DNA of 64,000 nt from Stegostoma tigrinum (GCF_030684315.1 NC_081385.1:12558606-12622605), one strand, 5' to 3'; positions 24,051 to 37,879 are shown, counted from the first letter of the stretch. Numbers and translations: made by a program. Notes: generated by a model from the sequence alone, not told the origin.

Positions 24051-26788
24051 CTCATCTTTATAGATAAATCAGAAACAAAAACAGAAATTATTGGCTGAGC
24101 CTCCAACAATTTCTGTTCTTGTTTATGATTTATTGCAGTTCTTTTGGTTTTTACTTTGCAGATAGTTCTGCTGGAATTTTTATTTTGTGTGTGTTGCATC
24201 GTTTTTTCGAAGACTCTACCACTATGCAGCTAGAGCAATTAAGATACCTTGTGTCTTTAGTAGTTCACTTCTATCCATGCTCTCTTTTCAATATAATTGC
24301 ATATCTGTTATAAATATTTTACTGTGTAATTAACAGCTTGCCCGCTGTTTCACACTTCCTGGGATCTCAAAAATCATGGTATTGCCTCAAAACCTTAGGA
24401 CCAATGAAAGTTCATGAAAAGAAGTCTATGTGACCGATTCTAACAATTTTACGTTTCTGCTTTGTGTAGAACGCTTCTATTTGCGGCTAACTTGGTGCAG
24501 TCTGCATTCTGAGACAGCATTGGCTCCGTGCCCTCAACCATAGTCTCTGCAAAAAAAATAAAGCGACATCTGCAGCAACTTCAGCTTTAGAACCTGCATA
24601 GATATCATGCTCCTGTGCAATATCAATTCTGCGATTCAAGTACATTTTACTTTTCCAGGTCTGAACAAGCGTATCTACTTTAGAAATATATTTTTCTTCC
24701 GCACTTGATGCATTATGTTGTTTCCTTTCTAAGAGACCGCTGGAACCTAAATACTTCAACTTCTGTAAGAATTTCTGTTCAAATCAGGTCTGTTGTTTTC
24801 TCAAAGAACTGAATTAAATTCATTCAATAAAACATTTCTCCTATAAATCCATGCTGAGTCCTTATAATCCTTTGATTTCAGAACGTCTTCTAACACTCTC
24901 TGCCCAATTTCACTGCCTGCACTCCTTCATAGCCCTTTTAAATGACTGGTTTGGTTAATGCGTTAAACACTGTCCAGTCGTCCTTCACCATTCAGGATTC
25001 CATCGAAATAAAGAACAGTCATGACCAAATTCACAGGTATGGAGCCTTCCAGTCCCTATTCATTTGTCTTCCTTTAGGAACCTCGGCAAAGCTGTGATCA
25101 AACTGTCTCAAATTTTACTGCTTTTTGTATTTGCAGCATCAACATTCACCCCCCCCCCAAAAAAAATCAAGCCTTCTGTCATGCAGAGGCTGCTCCCAAT
25201 CTCGCCCATGAACACAACTCCAGCAATCTATGTCTGAGTACATCTCTTCAATTAGTGATCTCACTGGGAAATCCTGCAGGACCCTTGCTCCTGCTTCAAT
25301 TACATCACATTGTTAATATATGCTGCTCGAGACTTCCTTAATTTGAACTCAATATCTATATCTGTTTAGGGTTACAGATTCAACTCCCTCCATCTCATTT
25401 TGAACACTGTCCGAAACTATTTCCTTATCTTTGAAAGAAATATCCTCCTCCATTTTTCATTCTCTCATGAATGATACAACACCATGTGAAGGGAGAAGTG
25501 ATTTTCATAAATACAAAAAGCTAAGACAGTTGGCTGTTAACAGAGCGGGGTGGAACATACTGAATCTATCATTTGGAGTTCAACTGTTCCTATTAACATC
25601 TGAGGACTGGCATGAAGTTTGAGTATTCAAAGTTTAAGTGATCTTTAATTCCTGACGCCTGACTATCTTGATTCCAAGGTAGTAATGTGGCGTAACTGTG
25701 CTACTTTTAAAGGAACTGGATGGTGAAAACCTGCAAGTTTGTGTTCTACTTAAGGTGAAAATTATTAAGTTTGTAACAAATATGCCATGTGGGCTGGTTG
25801 CTTATCTGGGGTTTTTATCTCACTAGTTATGAGGACTGGAGAACAGAGAAGTAGCTGTGTTACATGTTTTAAAAAAAAACACTCAATGAGGCTGCCTAGA
25901 GACAACTAGTCAACTGCTAAGCCTCAAGAAGGCAGGTTCTACTAATTTGGAACAAATCACGTGTGGGCAGACACGGTAGCAAGCTATCCCAGGAACAGAT
26001 TAAGGTATTAATGCGTTGAAATTTACAGCCCAAAGGACATTAAGCCATTGACTCTGTGCACCTCTCGACTGAATCAAAGCAACGCTGATTCCACTGCCCT
26101 GGATTTTTCTTTACTTCATATATTCATCTAGGTTTTCCTTAAAATATGCCACGGCTTCTGCTTCAACTAGCTGCCAAGATAGTTTCAACAAATCTCTGGG
26201 TAAAAGAGATGTCACATAACTGCTCTCCTCACTACCACTTCCATTATCTGCAAGTGTATCATTGTTCTGTGCATAACATGCACTCAAGATGTTTTAGATT
26301 TCCTCTACAACAAAATTCTTTTGTATTGCTCCATCTTGTGTTGCAGTTGATTGCTCTAGTCATCTGTCACAGCACTAACAGTCAAATTTAATTCTAAAAG
26401 GTTATATGAGTCAGTTAATCAGTGAGATACTTGTAACAAGGGGAGTTATTCTTGATACAAGTTTGTAACAAGTGAAGTTTTTAATCTCATTCATGTGAAC
26501 TGTGAAAGACATTTAGCAGCACAGTTATAGATTTGAAAATCAGTTTTGGGTTATGTCTGGAAAGCACTTTGAATTAATTAACACAAATGTAGCATATTAC
26601 TGGTTGCTAGTGTTAGCAGAAATGAGAGAAGTTTGAGGTGACATGGAACAAGTATATTGCAAACAATGATGTTTATTTGTTCAAATTTGTAAAACTTGCT
26701 GTTATCAACAGCTCAGTACATATAGTGCCAATCCTGCACTGCAAGCAATAAAAATATACATTTCTAACATGGGTCCAAATACTCATTT

Positions 26789-27998
26789 TTATCTAAGAGT
26801 TACTTGAAAATGTTTCTGTAATTCGTCTCGAAGATGCAGTTGCATTTCCAATGCTTGCTGATAAGACAGTGCTTTGTCACATGACTGGTAGGTTAGCCTG
26901 TAGCAGTAGCTCATACGTTTGGATTCAGTGTGCAAGAAACTGTCCATCAGCTTCATTTCTTTTACCGAATCTCTGCTTACCCGCCTTACAACTGCATGGA
27001 GCTCTAACTCATCCAGTTCCCCATTCTCATTGAACCAGAAGCTTACATCATGTGAATAAGTGGGTGGGTACAGCGAGAATGCAGAAAATGGTTTGAATTC
27101 TGTTGCGCTAATCTGGTTGAGGAAGCGTTCATCAAATGTCCATAGCATCCTCCAGTCACTTACATGATACAGCACCATGGACAGCAGGTCAAGATTTATT
27201 GATGTAACACAGACATTAAATTCACTGTTGCTCTGTTTATTAGGAGTGCAAACCAATTTTGCAACAGTTAGATCAGTAATTTCTCGGTGTTCCATGTCTT
27301 GAAAACAAATATTCCAGCTTTTCCCACTGCCCTCTTCTTTAAAAGTGATCAATTTTAAGTTCTTATCTATACAGGACGGGGCGCCTGATGCTGACTTAAC
27401 GAGGAATGAAATGGCCCTCTCCACAGAACACATAAATGGACTTAAAAAATCTGGATCCTTTTCGCTGTTGAAAGCACCAACTAAAACCATCTCATGGAAT
27501 ACTGGCATCATTTGCGGTCTAATCAGACACTTCCTGAATACGGGACCACTGAGTGCATAAATTACTCCAACTCTGAAGTCTGGTTTTCGTAAAATATCGG
27601 TGACATATCCTGTCAGAGTGGGCCGAAGGCAGTAGCTCCTGCAATCCTCACTCAGATCAGGGATGCCAAGCTGTTTCATGATAGTGCAGTCCATAATCTG
27701 TCCGCTCTTGTTTCCAAAGCTCCTGTCAAAGATTGGCGGAGGAACATCACAGCACTGAGGCTCAGGGCAGTCAGTACTTCTTGATTTATCCTCTTCAAGG
27801 TTGGAACAGCTCACCCAATAAAGTTCAGTTTGACAAACTTCAGATCCTGCACAGGCGCCATCAGGCTGAGGGCATTGTTTCAACAGCACAGGAAAGTTGT
27901 CCTCCAGTTCCTGTACATTCACTGTATCTGCAATCTGTTTTCTCAGCAACTTATCAATTATATTTACTGGATGGCGTGAACTTTTCTGAAGAAAATTC
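26789..27998 (-). CDS. FDXACB1: FDXACB1 last coding exon (PheRS-like region plus C-terminal ferredoxin-fold anticodon-binding domain)
   Basis: ttgttgcag acceptor, then an open frame to TAA at 26789. Ends YPPTYSHDVSFW...SYCYRLTYQSCDKALS...FQVTLR (FDX-ACB). Spliced CDS is 1905 nt (~634 aa). AATAAA on minus at 26672-26677. Confidence 0.96.
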
Positions 27999-29229
27999 CT
28001 GCAACAACCAAAAGCTCCATTAGTACAACTTTACATAAGGTTTGCATTTCTCCAGTTCTCTAAGGAGGATGGACTTCCCAACTAAAGCAAGCAACTCATA
28101 GAGTCTCCTTTCACATCACCTTCCAAACAGACAACTGTCACACTAGTTGAAATGGTTCGTGACTGGGAAGTGCAGTTGTTTGTGGCAAACTGAGCGTAGG
28201 TGTTCCGCAAAGCAGTCCCCAAGCCTCTGCATGGTTTCCCTGATGTAGAGGAGCCCACATCTGGAACAGCAGATACAGTATAACACAGATATTTCAGAAT
28301 CCCCTCCTCCTCCCCCATTTCTAAAGAAGGGTCTCGGCCTGAAAATGTCAGCTTTCCTGCTCCTCTGATGCTGCTTGGCCTGCTGTGTTCATCCAGCTCT
28401 ACACCTTGTTATTTACAGTAGTCATACATCCTGATTTGGAAATATATCGCATTTCCTTCACCGTTGCTGGGTCAAAATCCTGGAACTCCATTCCTAACAG
28501 CAATGTGAATACCTGCACTCCACAGATTGCAGTAGTTTGAGAAGGCAGCTCACTACAGCCTCATCCAAGGCAATTTTGATTGGGTAATAAATGCTAGCTT
28601 AGCGCGCAATGCTCACACCCTCTTCAACAAATTTTATAAAGTCTCTTAAGGCCAGATCTGGGGCAATCATTACATTGTGGCCATTGAAGCTCTCAAAGCA
28701 GCTTCTAAAGCATAGTAGCCAAGAAGATGCTTGATGCGTGAATGCCCCGATTTTATCTTCCCATAAATTACCTTCTGGTTTCATGCGAAAGACATTTCTC
28801 TGGCATGAAATTAGAGACCTTTTGAAACAGTTGTCAGTTTAAGGTAAATTCTTAATATTTCTCCTGGTTGTACCCTCCTCCAATCCTGGTCACAGTCTTC
28901 GATGCCAACAGAATTGCACACCTTTTTGGGGATATCAAAATAATGTTTCTTAGAATTGGGACACAAATTGCCAAACAGAAGGGTTCAACCAAAACAAAAT
29001 ATTACCACCAGTAGTAAAGCAAAACACTGCAGATGCCAGATATCAAATGAAAACATTGGCAGTTGTTGGAAATACTCAGTAGGTCAAGCAGTATCTGTGG
29101 AGAGTGTCAACATTTCAGGTCAATGACCTTTCACCAGAATGAGAAAAGAGTAGGTAGTTTTATTAGTTCAATGGCAGAAAAACATTTTAAGTCAAAAAGT
29201 CTCATTTAACTACCACATAAAGTGGTATC

Positions 29230-29410
29230 TGCTTTATTGCTGCACTGTCAAAAGAATTGTCTGCCAGATCAATCATTAAAGTGAGTGCCCATTTGCCCCC
29301 TCAGGTAAATGTAAAAGGTCACGTCACTTTTTTTAAAGTGACATGCGGGAGTTGTTCCTGGTGTCCAAGCCAATATTTATCCCTCAACCACCAATACTTA
29401 CACAGATTAT
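29230..29410 (+). mobile_element. Ancient DeuSINE-like fragment (related ~5490-5740 minus, 17340-17480 minus, 58130-58210)
   Basis: gcactgtca...ctcaggtaaatgtaaaag...gggagttgttcctggtgtcc...ccaatatttatccctcaacc resembles the Deu-domain SINE body. Confidence 0.5.
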
Positions 29411-30175
29411 CTACATCTGTATCATAGTGATAACTCATCCAGACAAATTAATCCAGAGACACAAGCTAAAGTTCCAGTGACGTGTGTTTAAATCTCACCA
29501 TGGCAAATGGTGAAACAAATAAAATCTGGATTTAAAAAGCTGTTTTAATGACAATTGGGTAACCTCTGTCAATTGTTATAAGAGCCCATCTGGTTCACTG
29601 ATGAACTTTATGAAACCAAATCTGCCATCCTTAACTGATCTGGTTTACATGTGACTCCAAACCCACAGTAATGCAGTTGTCTTTTCATAGCTCTCTAAGA
29701 TAGCAAAGGAATGCCATTCAGTTTGAGGACAATTAGTTATGGGCAACAAATGCCAGCCTTGCCAACAATGCCCACATTCCACGCTAGAATTAAAAATAAA
29801 ATCTTTTTGCCATTCATGTGACCTTGAAATGTGCAATTTGATCACACATTTCCTGAAGTGTGCAGGAAATAACACCATTTTGTACTTTTTGGATTATAAC
29901 TTCCTTTTTGTGTGTTTTATAGGAAGTTATGATAGACGAAAGATTAATTCAAAATGAATACTTAGGACAAATGCCATTTGTGATTAGAACCAGATGTAAT
30001 ATAAACTGACACTGTGAATTGCAAAAATAGGTGAATGCCCGCATTGTTTCCAATGGTAAAAGGTATACTTTGAAATGAACAGATCAATGGATTTTACAAC
30101 CAGAACTAAATGAGTATAAAGCTAACTAAGTGCATAAATGGTTATACAGGAAAAAGTCAGCAGCATCTAGGCTTT

Positions 30176-30333
30176 AAGCAGCATCAGAGGAGCAGGAAGG
30201 CTGACATTTTAGGCCTAGACTAGGCCTGAAACGTCAGCCTTCCTGCTCCTCTGATGCTGCTTGGCCTGCTGTGTTCATCCATCTCTACACCTTGTTATCT
30301 CAAGATTCTCCAGCATCTGCAGTTCCTACTATC
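30176..30333. mobile_element. Fold-back PLE-derived short element
   Basis: Inverted arms aagcagcatcagaggagcaggaaggctgac / gtcagccttcctgctcctctgatgctgctt. Confidence 0.75.
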
Positions 30334-31240
30334 TTTGAGTTTATCCTGTTTGATTTCTGATTCTGGGACATTTGTCTATAAGAAACGTTCAAAGCTCTAC
30401 AGCATTATTAGAATCCAGCAAGAACTCTGGGAAAGGGATTTTAAAAAAACTTACCTGAAGATGCTCTTTGCACAGATTTTAAGAAAGACAGACACAATAG
30501 AGAAGAACCATCCATCTCCTTAGTGCAGTGGAGAGAAAGAACCATCTGAAGTACAATTACAGCAGTCTTCATCTGTTAAGTATAACTTTCTTCGCTCAAT
30601 AAGTTGTCCAAATACCATTGTATTAAGAGTCTCCTCATTCTAAATGTATTACCTAGTCTTAAAACTTCTTACAATTAGGACACTGGCTACATATCAAAAG
30701 TACTTCATTGGTTCTGAACCATTTCGGGAAATCCTAATGTGGTATATGCATCTCAAATTCTCTCTCTCCCTGCCACTTTGAATGATCCAACAATCACAGT
30801 GCAGGCTCACAGAAATGCAATGTCCAATTAGATGAAATAGTAGAAAAGTATGAGGAACTCTATACCAGCAAGACTGTTGTCCTTAGAAAGAAAAGCACCA
30901 GGAATCAGGGAGGTTTCTGATCACAGTCATGCTTTTTGGAACAGACAGATAATCATCACAGGCTATTTGAACAACATCCAACAGAGAGTCATGAGAAGTA
31001 ACAATGGATTCAAGGTTAGTAATTATTCTTGGAAAAATACTTAAAAAAAGAGGCACTGAAGGTACAGTGTACCAAAGAGATAACAGAAGGTAAAAACTGG
31101 ACATTGAAATGAATTATTCTGAATTCTTCTAACACCTTTCTTTAAAGTCTGCACAATGCTTTTCTAAGGGTACCCTTATGTTACATTATATGAACATTTT
31201 AGAGAATATTTACTACGTCACAATAAAGTGTTGGTAAAAT

Positions 31241-32049
31241 AAGGCAGAGCTAGATAGATTCTTCATTAGCAACAGGTTAACAAGTTATCACAGGTCAGCT
31301 GAATGTGGAGTGATCAGATCAACCATGAGTGGCTTGAGTAGCCAAGTGGCCTCCAAATGCCACTTCAGTAAGATAATATAGATAACACCTAAAATATATA
31401 TCTGTTTGGAGCAAATCATAAGACTGTTATGCCCTCTCAGGAAATTAATATACTTAATAGAGGCTTTTGAGCTGCTTGTGCTTATTCCATCTAGAGCCAA
31501 AATAACACAGTTTAGACCAAAATTGAATAAAGAAATAGTGTGGACTTTGGGTCAAAATTTTCTATCTCTGATTGCTAATTGTGGGCAATTCTAGTCTTGT
31601 GGGCCAACTTAAATCGAAGTCTGGCCGACGGTGGAGATCTGAAATACAAACACAAACAAGCTGGAGAAATTCAACAGGTCACTCAGAGAGAAAAAGATTG
31701 AACTTCAAGTTTTCTATGAACTGCTGAGTTTCTCCAGCACTTTCTGTTTTACGGTGGCTGAACTTACCTTCCGTACTAATTTAATGGGAAAATGATCCTA
31801 TCTATATTGTTTGCTAAGAATGCACAGCAGAACTTTGCAAGATATTTTCCTTTGGCCTTGATAATGTCACCATCTCAGTAACTACTTTAACAATAACAAA
31901 GTTGGCACTGTTAGGCAGTGTCTGATAAGCTATATTTTGGCCACTTGGCTACTCAAGCCACTCATGGTTGATCTGATCACTCCACATTCAGCTGACCTGT
32001 GATAACTTGTTAACCTGTTGCTAATGAAGAATCTATCTAGCTCTGCCTT
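31241..32049. repeat. Perfect 111-bp inverted repeat (31241-31351 / 31939-32049), 587-bp spacer
   Basis: Base-by-base reverse-complement comparison showed no mismatches. Confidence 0.95.
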
Positions 32050-32067
32050 GTAATTCTCTTACTCCAC

Positions 32068-32226
32068 CTGTTAATCTTTTCAACAAGTTCCTCAGGGATA
32101 TGGAAGAAGCAATGCTCACTCCCAATCCTGGTTTCCATGACAACTGGCTTTATCTCACTGAAGGGTAGGCTTCTTGTGAACACATGAGTCAGAGCTTGGT
32201 CAACATGGAACGGCTTATCTTGACTC
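32068..32226 (-). CDS. FDXACB1: FDXACB1 coding exon 4
   Basis: tatttcag acceptor, weak GTGGAG donor, 159 nt. SQDKPFHVDQALTHVFTRSLPFSEIKPVVMETRIGSEHCFFHIPEELVEKIN. Confidence 0.92.
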
Positions 32227-32369
32227 CTGAAATATATTTTAAAAATCAGTTTAATACCATCAACAAAGGAAAGAATGTAATCAAAGCAATTTGAGAAATC
32301 TGCTTCTCATACACTGAATGGTAACTCCAACTTCAAAGACAGCATTTTGGCAGCACAGCAGGAAACTGG

Positions 32370-33540
32370 TGAGATCTTTATTCGTTTATGGGATGTGGGT
32401 GGCGCTGGCTGATCCAGCATTTATTACCCATCCTGCATTGCGCACTGGAGTCCTTGAGATGTAGATACACCCACAATGCTGTTAGTAAGGGAGTTCTAGG
32501 ACTTTGATCCAGGGAAAAAGAAGGATATATTTACAAGTAAAGATGGCGTGTGACTTGGAGAGGAACTTGTGCTTCTAGGTGGTAGAGGTCGGATTATGGA
32601 AGCAGCTTTAGTCTGTTGCTGCAGTGCATCTTGTAGATCTTAAACACTGCTGCTACTGTGCATTGGTGGTGGAGGAAATAACTGTTGAAGATGTTAGTTG
32701 GAGTGCCAATCAATTAAGCTGCTTTGTCCTAGATGGTTGGATTCTCTCTTGTTGGAGATGGTCATTCCAGGGACTTACTTGTGAGGCATGAATGTTACTT
32801 GACCTTTACCAACTGAAGCCCAAATCCTGTCCAGGTCTTGCTGCATCTAGATATGGACTGCTTCAGTATCTGAGGAGTTTTGAATCGTACTGAACATTAT
32901 GCAGTCATTAGCAAACATCCCCACTTCTGACCTTATGATGAAGGGATGGTCATTAATGAAGCAGCTAGTGGGCCTAGGGATCTACCCTGAAGAACTCACC
33001 ATTGTTGGCCATTTTGGCACTGCGATAATGTCCCTACATCAGGGCCAGAAGGCCTGGGTTCAAGTCCCACCTGTTCCAGAGGTGTTTAATAACGTGTCTG
33101 AAACAAGTAGGTTAAAAGTACCTACCCTGAGGAACTCCTGCAGAGATGTTCTAGGGATCAAGCGACTAACCTCCAACCACACAACCATCCTCCTTTGTGC
33201 TATGCATAACTCCAATCAGCAGAGAATTTCTCCCAATTCCCATTGACTCCAGTTTCACTTGAAGTCCTTGCTGCCACACTTGGTCAAAAGCTGACCTGTC
33301 ACCCTCGCTATCCCTCTCAAGTTCCCCTCATGTGTCCATGCTTGAGACTAGGACATAATGAAGTCAGAAGCTGAGTGGGCCTAGCGGAACCCAAACCGGT
33401 CAGTGCTCAGACTATTGTTGAGTAAGTGCCACTGGATAGCACTGTAAATGACCTCTTTCAACACTTTACTGATGATTGGGAATGGACCAATGGAATAATG
33501 ATTGCTCAGGTTGGATTTGTGCTACCTTTTGTGAACAGTT
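32370..33540 (-). mobile_element. Decayed LINE fragments (family shared with ~2900-3400, 4880-5250, 28420-28620)
   Basis: Recurrent segments (aaatcctggaactccct, ctgcagcagttcaagaaggcagctcac, ataaatgctgg) at several positions in the window. Confidence 0.6.
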
Positions 33541-33704
33541 ATTTCATTACTGTACTGAAATGAATAATATTTTTTGAAGGTGCCTGCTCCAGGACCTTTA
33601 CTTCATTTTACAGGTATGAGGAGGAAACAAAAATGAAATGCAGAACTACATGATATTACATTGCAAACTCCATGTATCCACATGTTAGCCTATTAATAAC
33701 CTAC

Positions 33705-33908
33705 CTATATCCAGTGCTGGTGTAGCCATAATACTGTGAGCAGTCAAACATCTGCACTTGACTTAAAATGAACCCAGCTCTTGCAGCCATAGCAACGACT
33801 TGCCAGCTGTTATGCCATGCTCTCATTGGTTGATCAGCAGCTGTCCCTCCCTGTCCCTTACACAGGGTCACATGAACATCACCTTTGGAAGTCAGAACAT
33901 CTGCACAA
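33705..33908 (-). CDS. FDXACB1: FDXACB1 coding exon 3
   Basis: ccctttcag acceptor, GTAGGT donor, 204 nt. CADVLTSKGDVHVTLCKGQGGTAADQPMRAWHNSWQVVAMAARAGFIL...STGY. Confidence 0.96.
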
Positions 33909-34091
33909 CTGAAAGGGAAGCCAAATAACATGATCACCATTATCAGCAGAGCGAATAATATTAAACCGAGGATGGTGAAGAGAAGCAAGAGGTTAAACTT
34001 CCACGGCTCCCAATGAGCTACTTTGCAGTCACTGAAACACTGAGTCCAGAAGCAGACATTGTCAACTTCCCTACATAACTTCAGAACTCAC

Positions 34092-34248
34092 CTCAGAAAA
34101 AATTTAGCCAGCAGCTCTCTGTTCTTCTTCACACCAGCCTTTCTGCCACAGTGAGGGAAATTGAAGATAATCCTGTCAAACAGCCTACCTTTCAAGTGTG
34201 GACAATCCTGGAGCTTGGTACAATCTACTTGAAAGTAGACTTCTGCTC
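34092..34248 (-). CDS. FDXACB1: FDXACB1 coding exon 2
   Basis: ctttcag acceptor, GTGAGT donor, 157 nt. GAEVYFQVDCTKL...FDRIIFNFPHCGRKAGVKKNRELLAKFFL contains the DUF2431 FNFPH motif. Confidence 0.96.
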
Positions 34249-36134
34249 CTGAAAGACAATTAATAGCCAAGGATTAAGTTTGGTCTCTGTACAGTATGTG
34301 GCAGGTTTAGAGCATTACAAAAGCTGTTTTATCACTATGCAAATTGGAAACGATATGATTGCCCAGAACATATTATTAATGCACAAAACTGAATATCACA
34401 ATATGCCATTTTATACAGCAGCCAGTTCTAAGTTTACAATATGCTAATCAACCTATAAGTATATTTAAATTAGCATAGCTGTCATGTGCAATTATGCCCC
34501 TGTAAGCCAACTCAGCAAGGAATTTTCATTATAAGATGAGCTCCCATTGTCACAGGCTCTCAGCAATTGCTGTCACTTCAACTACAAAGCCAACAGATTG
34601 CTCACCACAATTAATTCAAAAGCACTTCACAAACTTCCTAAAATCTTTTGACATTTTTAGCTTATTCAGTAAAACACGCTGGAGTTAGAAATTTAAACAA
34701 TGACAAACACTAATGCATTTTTTACATTCACATAAATAGTACTAAAACTGCTAATTTAACTCGACAATGTCACATTTCAGCAATAGTCATTTTGATTGTC
34801 AGGATGTTGGTATGTGTTTCAGTGAGGAAATAAAGTACAAATCCTTCTCGAGACTCATTACTCATTAAATTGTCTGGGAATGACAGCACAGTTAGATGGC
34901 ACACCAACTAAACTACAATATTGATATTTTTAATCGACTTTGTCAGACATGTTATGAGACATGTCTCAGGTTGGTGGGACTCGAACCCCGGCATTCCCAG
35001 CCCAGCAGCAGGGATACTACCATTGCACCTCAAGAGCCCCAACCTGGGATGTATTCTGCTAATGAATGATAGGACACGTTTGTAATTGAGTCAATTCAAG
35101 TGGGAAAGCTTAAAAATCAAGTTAGGCTGAGCGATCTTGTGCAGTGGTAATATCCCTATCTTTGAGCAAGGAGGACTGTGGGTTCATGTCTCACCTGCTC
35201 CAAAGGTATGTCATAACATCTCAGATATGAGTGTGACAAAGATGAAAGAGCCAAATGGAAGCATCACAATAAAACCCAAGGTACAAAATTGTCAATCCAT
35301 CATCTAAAAACTGAGCAATTCCTCAATAAAACAGATTATAGTAAGATCTTGTCAGCTTCACTGGTACAAATATCAAAAACACTCAAATCAAATCAGCCAC
35401 AGTTTACTTACTCAATTCTCTGTATGTGCAACCCAGCACAGAAACCTTCAATAGTAACAGAAAATACTGGAAATACTCACCCGGTCAAGCAGTGGCGAGA
35501 GAACAACAAAGAGCCAACATTTCCAGTCAATGACCTTTCATCAGAATCAGAAAATATTCAAATTGTAATAGGTTCTAGCCAAGTACAAGTAACCTCAGCA
35601 GCGTGAACACAAAAGAATGAAAGTGATAATGAGTCGTAAGAAAGCCGTAAGTAAGAAAGAGTCGTATTAGAAAAGAAAGAAACAGATGGAGTAGAGGTGC
35701 GGATTACAACACCAGAATCGGTAACACCAGCTTCTGGGCAGTTTCAAAGCTAACATTATTATAGATTTGAACTGGAAATTAGTTCATAAAGTGACTGGTG
35801 TGGAAGTCTAAAGTATTGATTTCCAAATCTTTTGTAGATCGTAAATGAATAACTCTAACACTATGTTACTTTCCACTTAAGCATCATCCCTTGTGAAAAT
35901 TAGTTTGAAACATGATACCAAATATTAATCAGACTCAAAACATTAAATGTGTTTCTCTCTCTCTGACACTACCCGACCTACTGAGTTTCTCCAGCACTTT
36001 GTTTTTATATCATTCAGTCTTCATTCTTCAGAGCAGTTATGCACTTCAATTTTTATTTCAGATTTCAATTTTTCTTCTATCGCACTCACTGCAATCAAAA
36101 CAACCCCTCTTACCCGTCAGTATTGCCTCCTCAC

Positions 36135-36309
36135 CTTTCTCTAACAGATAGGTAATATTTTTGGTTGCATTTTCATGCTTTGATATTTCATTTTCACTCT
36201 CGTAGCAGGTTGCAATGACCCGGGTGCCTGTGTCCATACGACTGTACAGTGATGAAGCAAAGGAGAAGTTCCCCTCAGCCACAAGCAAGGTGCTACCTCC
36301 CTGTGTCAT
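36135..36309 (-). CDS. FDXACB1: FDXACB1 first coding exon (DUF2431/BMT5-like methyltransferase domain start)
   Basis: MTQGGSTLLVAEGNFSFASSL...ATCYESE...NITYLLEK, GTGAGG donor, 175 nt, phase 1. The ATG lies 1 nt after a ttgtttacag acceptor, implying an upstream exon. Confidence 0.9.
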
Positions 36310-37589
36310 TCTGTAAACAAGCTGGGGAGACAATGAACAATACATTTTTCAAAAGCCTTCTCTGATAAACTAGAAGCATCACAAATTGAAATCTGTCTGT
36401 CCATCTTTGATCAGCCTCTGATCAGTGATGGAACCTTTACTTATCTTTCATATGTACCAGTGACATTTTGTTTTTGAATCCCAGCATCCCCTTCCCAAAT
36501 TCCATTGAAATCTTTCCGAGCCCTGCAACCCCCTCAGCTCCCTGTGATGTTCCAATTCAAGTCTCTTAAACACTCCTGATTCAATTTGCTCCACCACTGG
36601 CTGCCGTGCAGAAAGGTCTGTGCACGGCAGCAATTGTCAGAAACCATAAGTCAATGTGTCCTCTCACTGATGGGAGTGCAAGGAATTTCAGAGCAGCTGC
36701 ACAGCTGCCCACATTAAAAGGAAGATTGCTGTTTGCTGTATCTTTAGCTGCGGAGGCCTTATGCTCTGGAATTCTCTTCCTAAATCTCTTCAAACTCTCT
36801 CACCACCAAGGTACTCCTTAAAAGCTACCTTTTTGACCCAATGTTCTGGGCAGAGCTCCCAATGTCTCATTCTGTGGCCAGATTGTACTGGCCACAGACT
36901 ACACTCTTGGGACATCTGAATGTTATGGCCAAAGACCAACAGGACAAGAATCAGACTATTTAGTCATTTGAAGACCCAAGGTGTAAATACAAGACCCCAA
37001 GTGAATGTCATCTTTGAATGGTGGAGCAGTTAATGATGATAAAGTACTTTTGAGTGTTTTAGTACTCTAAAAGTAGGAGCAGAAATAGGCCTTTCAGCCC
37101 AATGAGTTTGTTCTGTCATTTAATAGGATAATAGCGGGTCTGATTATTGTAAACTTCACTTTCCTATCTTTCCCGCATAATCCTGGATTCTCTATAGATT
37201 AAAAGTCTGTGCATCTCAACCTTGGAAAGAATTAATTCAACACGCCCTCTGTATTAGAGAATTCCACAGATTCACGAGCCTCTGAGAGAAGAAATTACAC
37301 ATCTTTCATAAATGGACAACCCTTTATTCTGAGATAATGCCCTCTGGTCCTAGATAAGGGGAAACAACATTGCTGATTCTACCCTGTCAAGTCCCGTAAG
37401 AGTCTTGTACGTTTCAATAAAGTCACCTATCATTCTTTTAAACTCCACTGAATACAGCACAACCTACTTAACATCTCCCTGGAGTCAAGCTATTGAACCT
37501 TCTCTGGATTGCCTGCAAAAGTAATATAAATTTCCTTACATTAGGGGATCAAAATTGTTTGCAGTATACCAGCTGTGTAGATTCTAGTC

Positions 37590-37838
37590 ATGTTTCATGG
37601 GGTGGCATGGTGGCTCAATGGTCAGCACTGTTGCCTCACAGCACCAGGGAGCTGAGTTCAATCCCAGCCTCTGGCAACTGTCTTGTGCAGAGTTTGTGCA
37701 TTGTCTGCGTGGGTTTCCTTCCACCGTCCTTTGTAGGCTAAGTGGATTAGCGATGGGGTGGAGGGGTTTAGGTGGGATGCTCTTTGGAGGCTTGGTATGG
37801 ATTGAATGGCCTGCCTGCACATTGTAGGGATTCTATGA
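37590..37838 (+). mobile_element. HE1-like V-SINE (internally deleted)
   Basis: ggtggcatggtggctcaatggtcagcactgttgcctcacagcaccaggga...gattctatgatt. Confidence 0.8.
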
Positions 37839-37879
37839 TTTACTGTCTAAACGGCACTACCATAAGGAAGGTTGTTGTT

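Noticed and set aside
23486-24063. Overlapping plus-strand ORFs of 92-148 aa
   Set aside because: Stop-poor GC-rich island, antisense to ALG9 exon 1.
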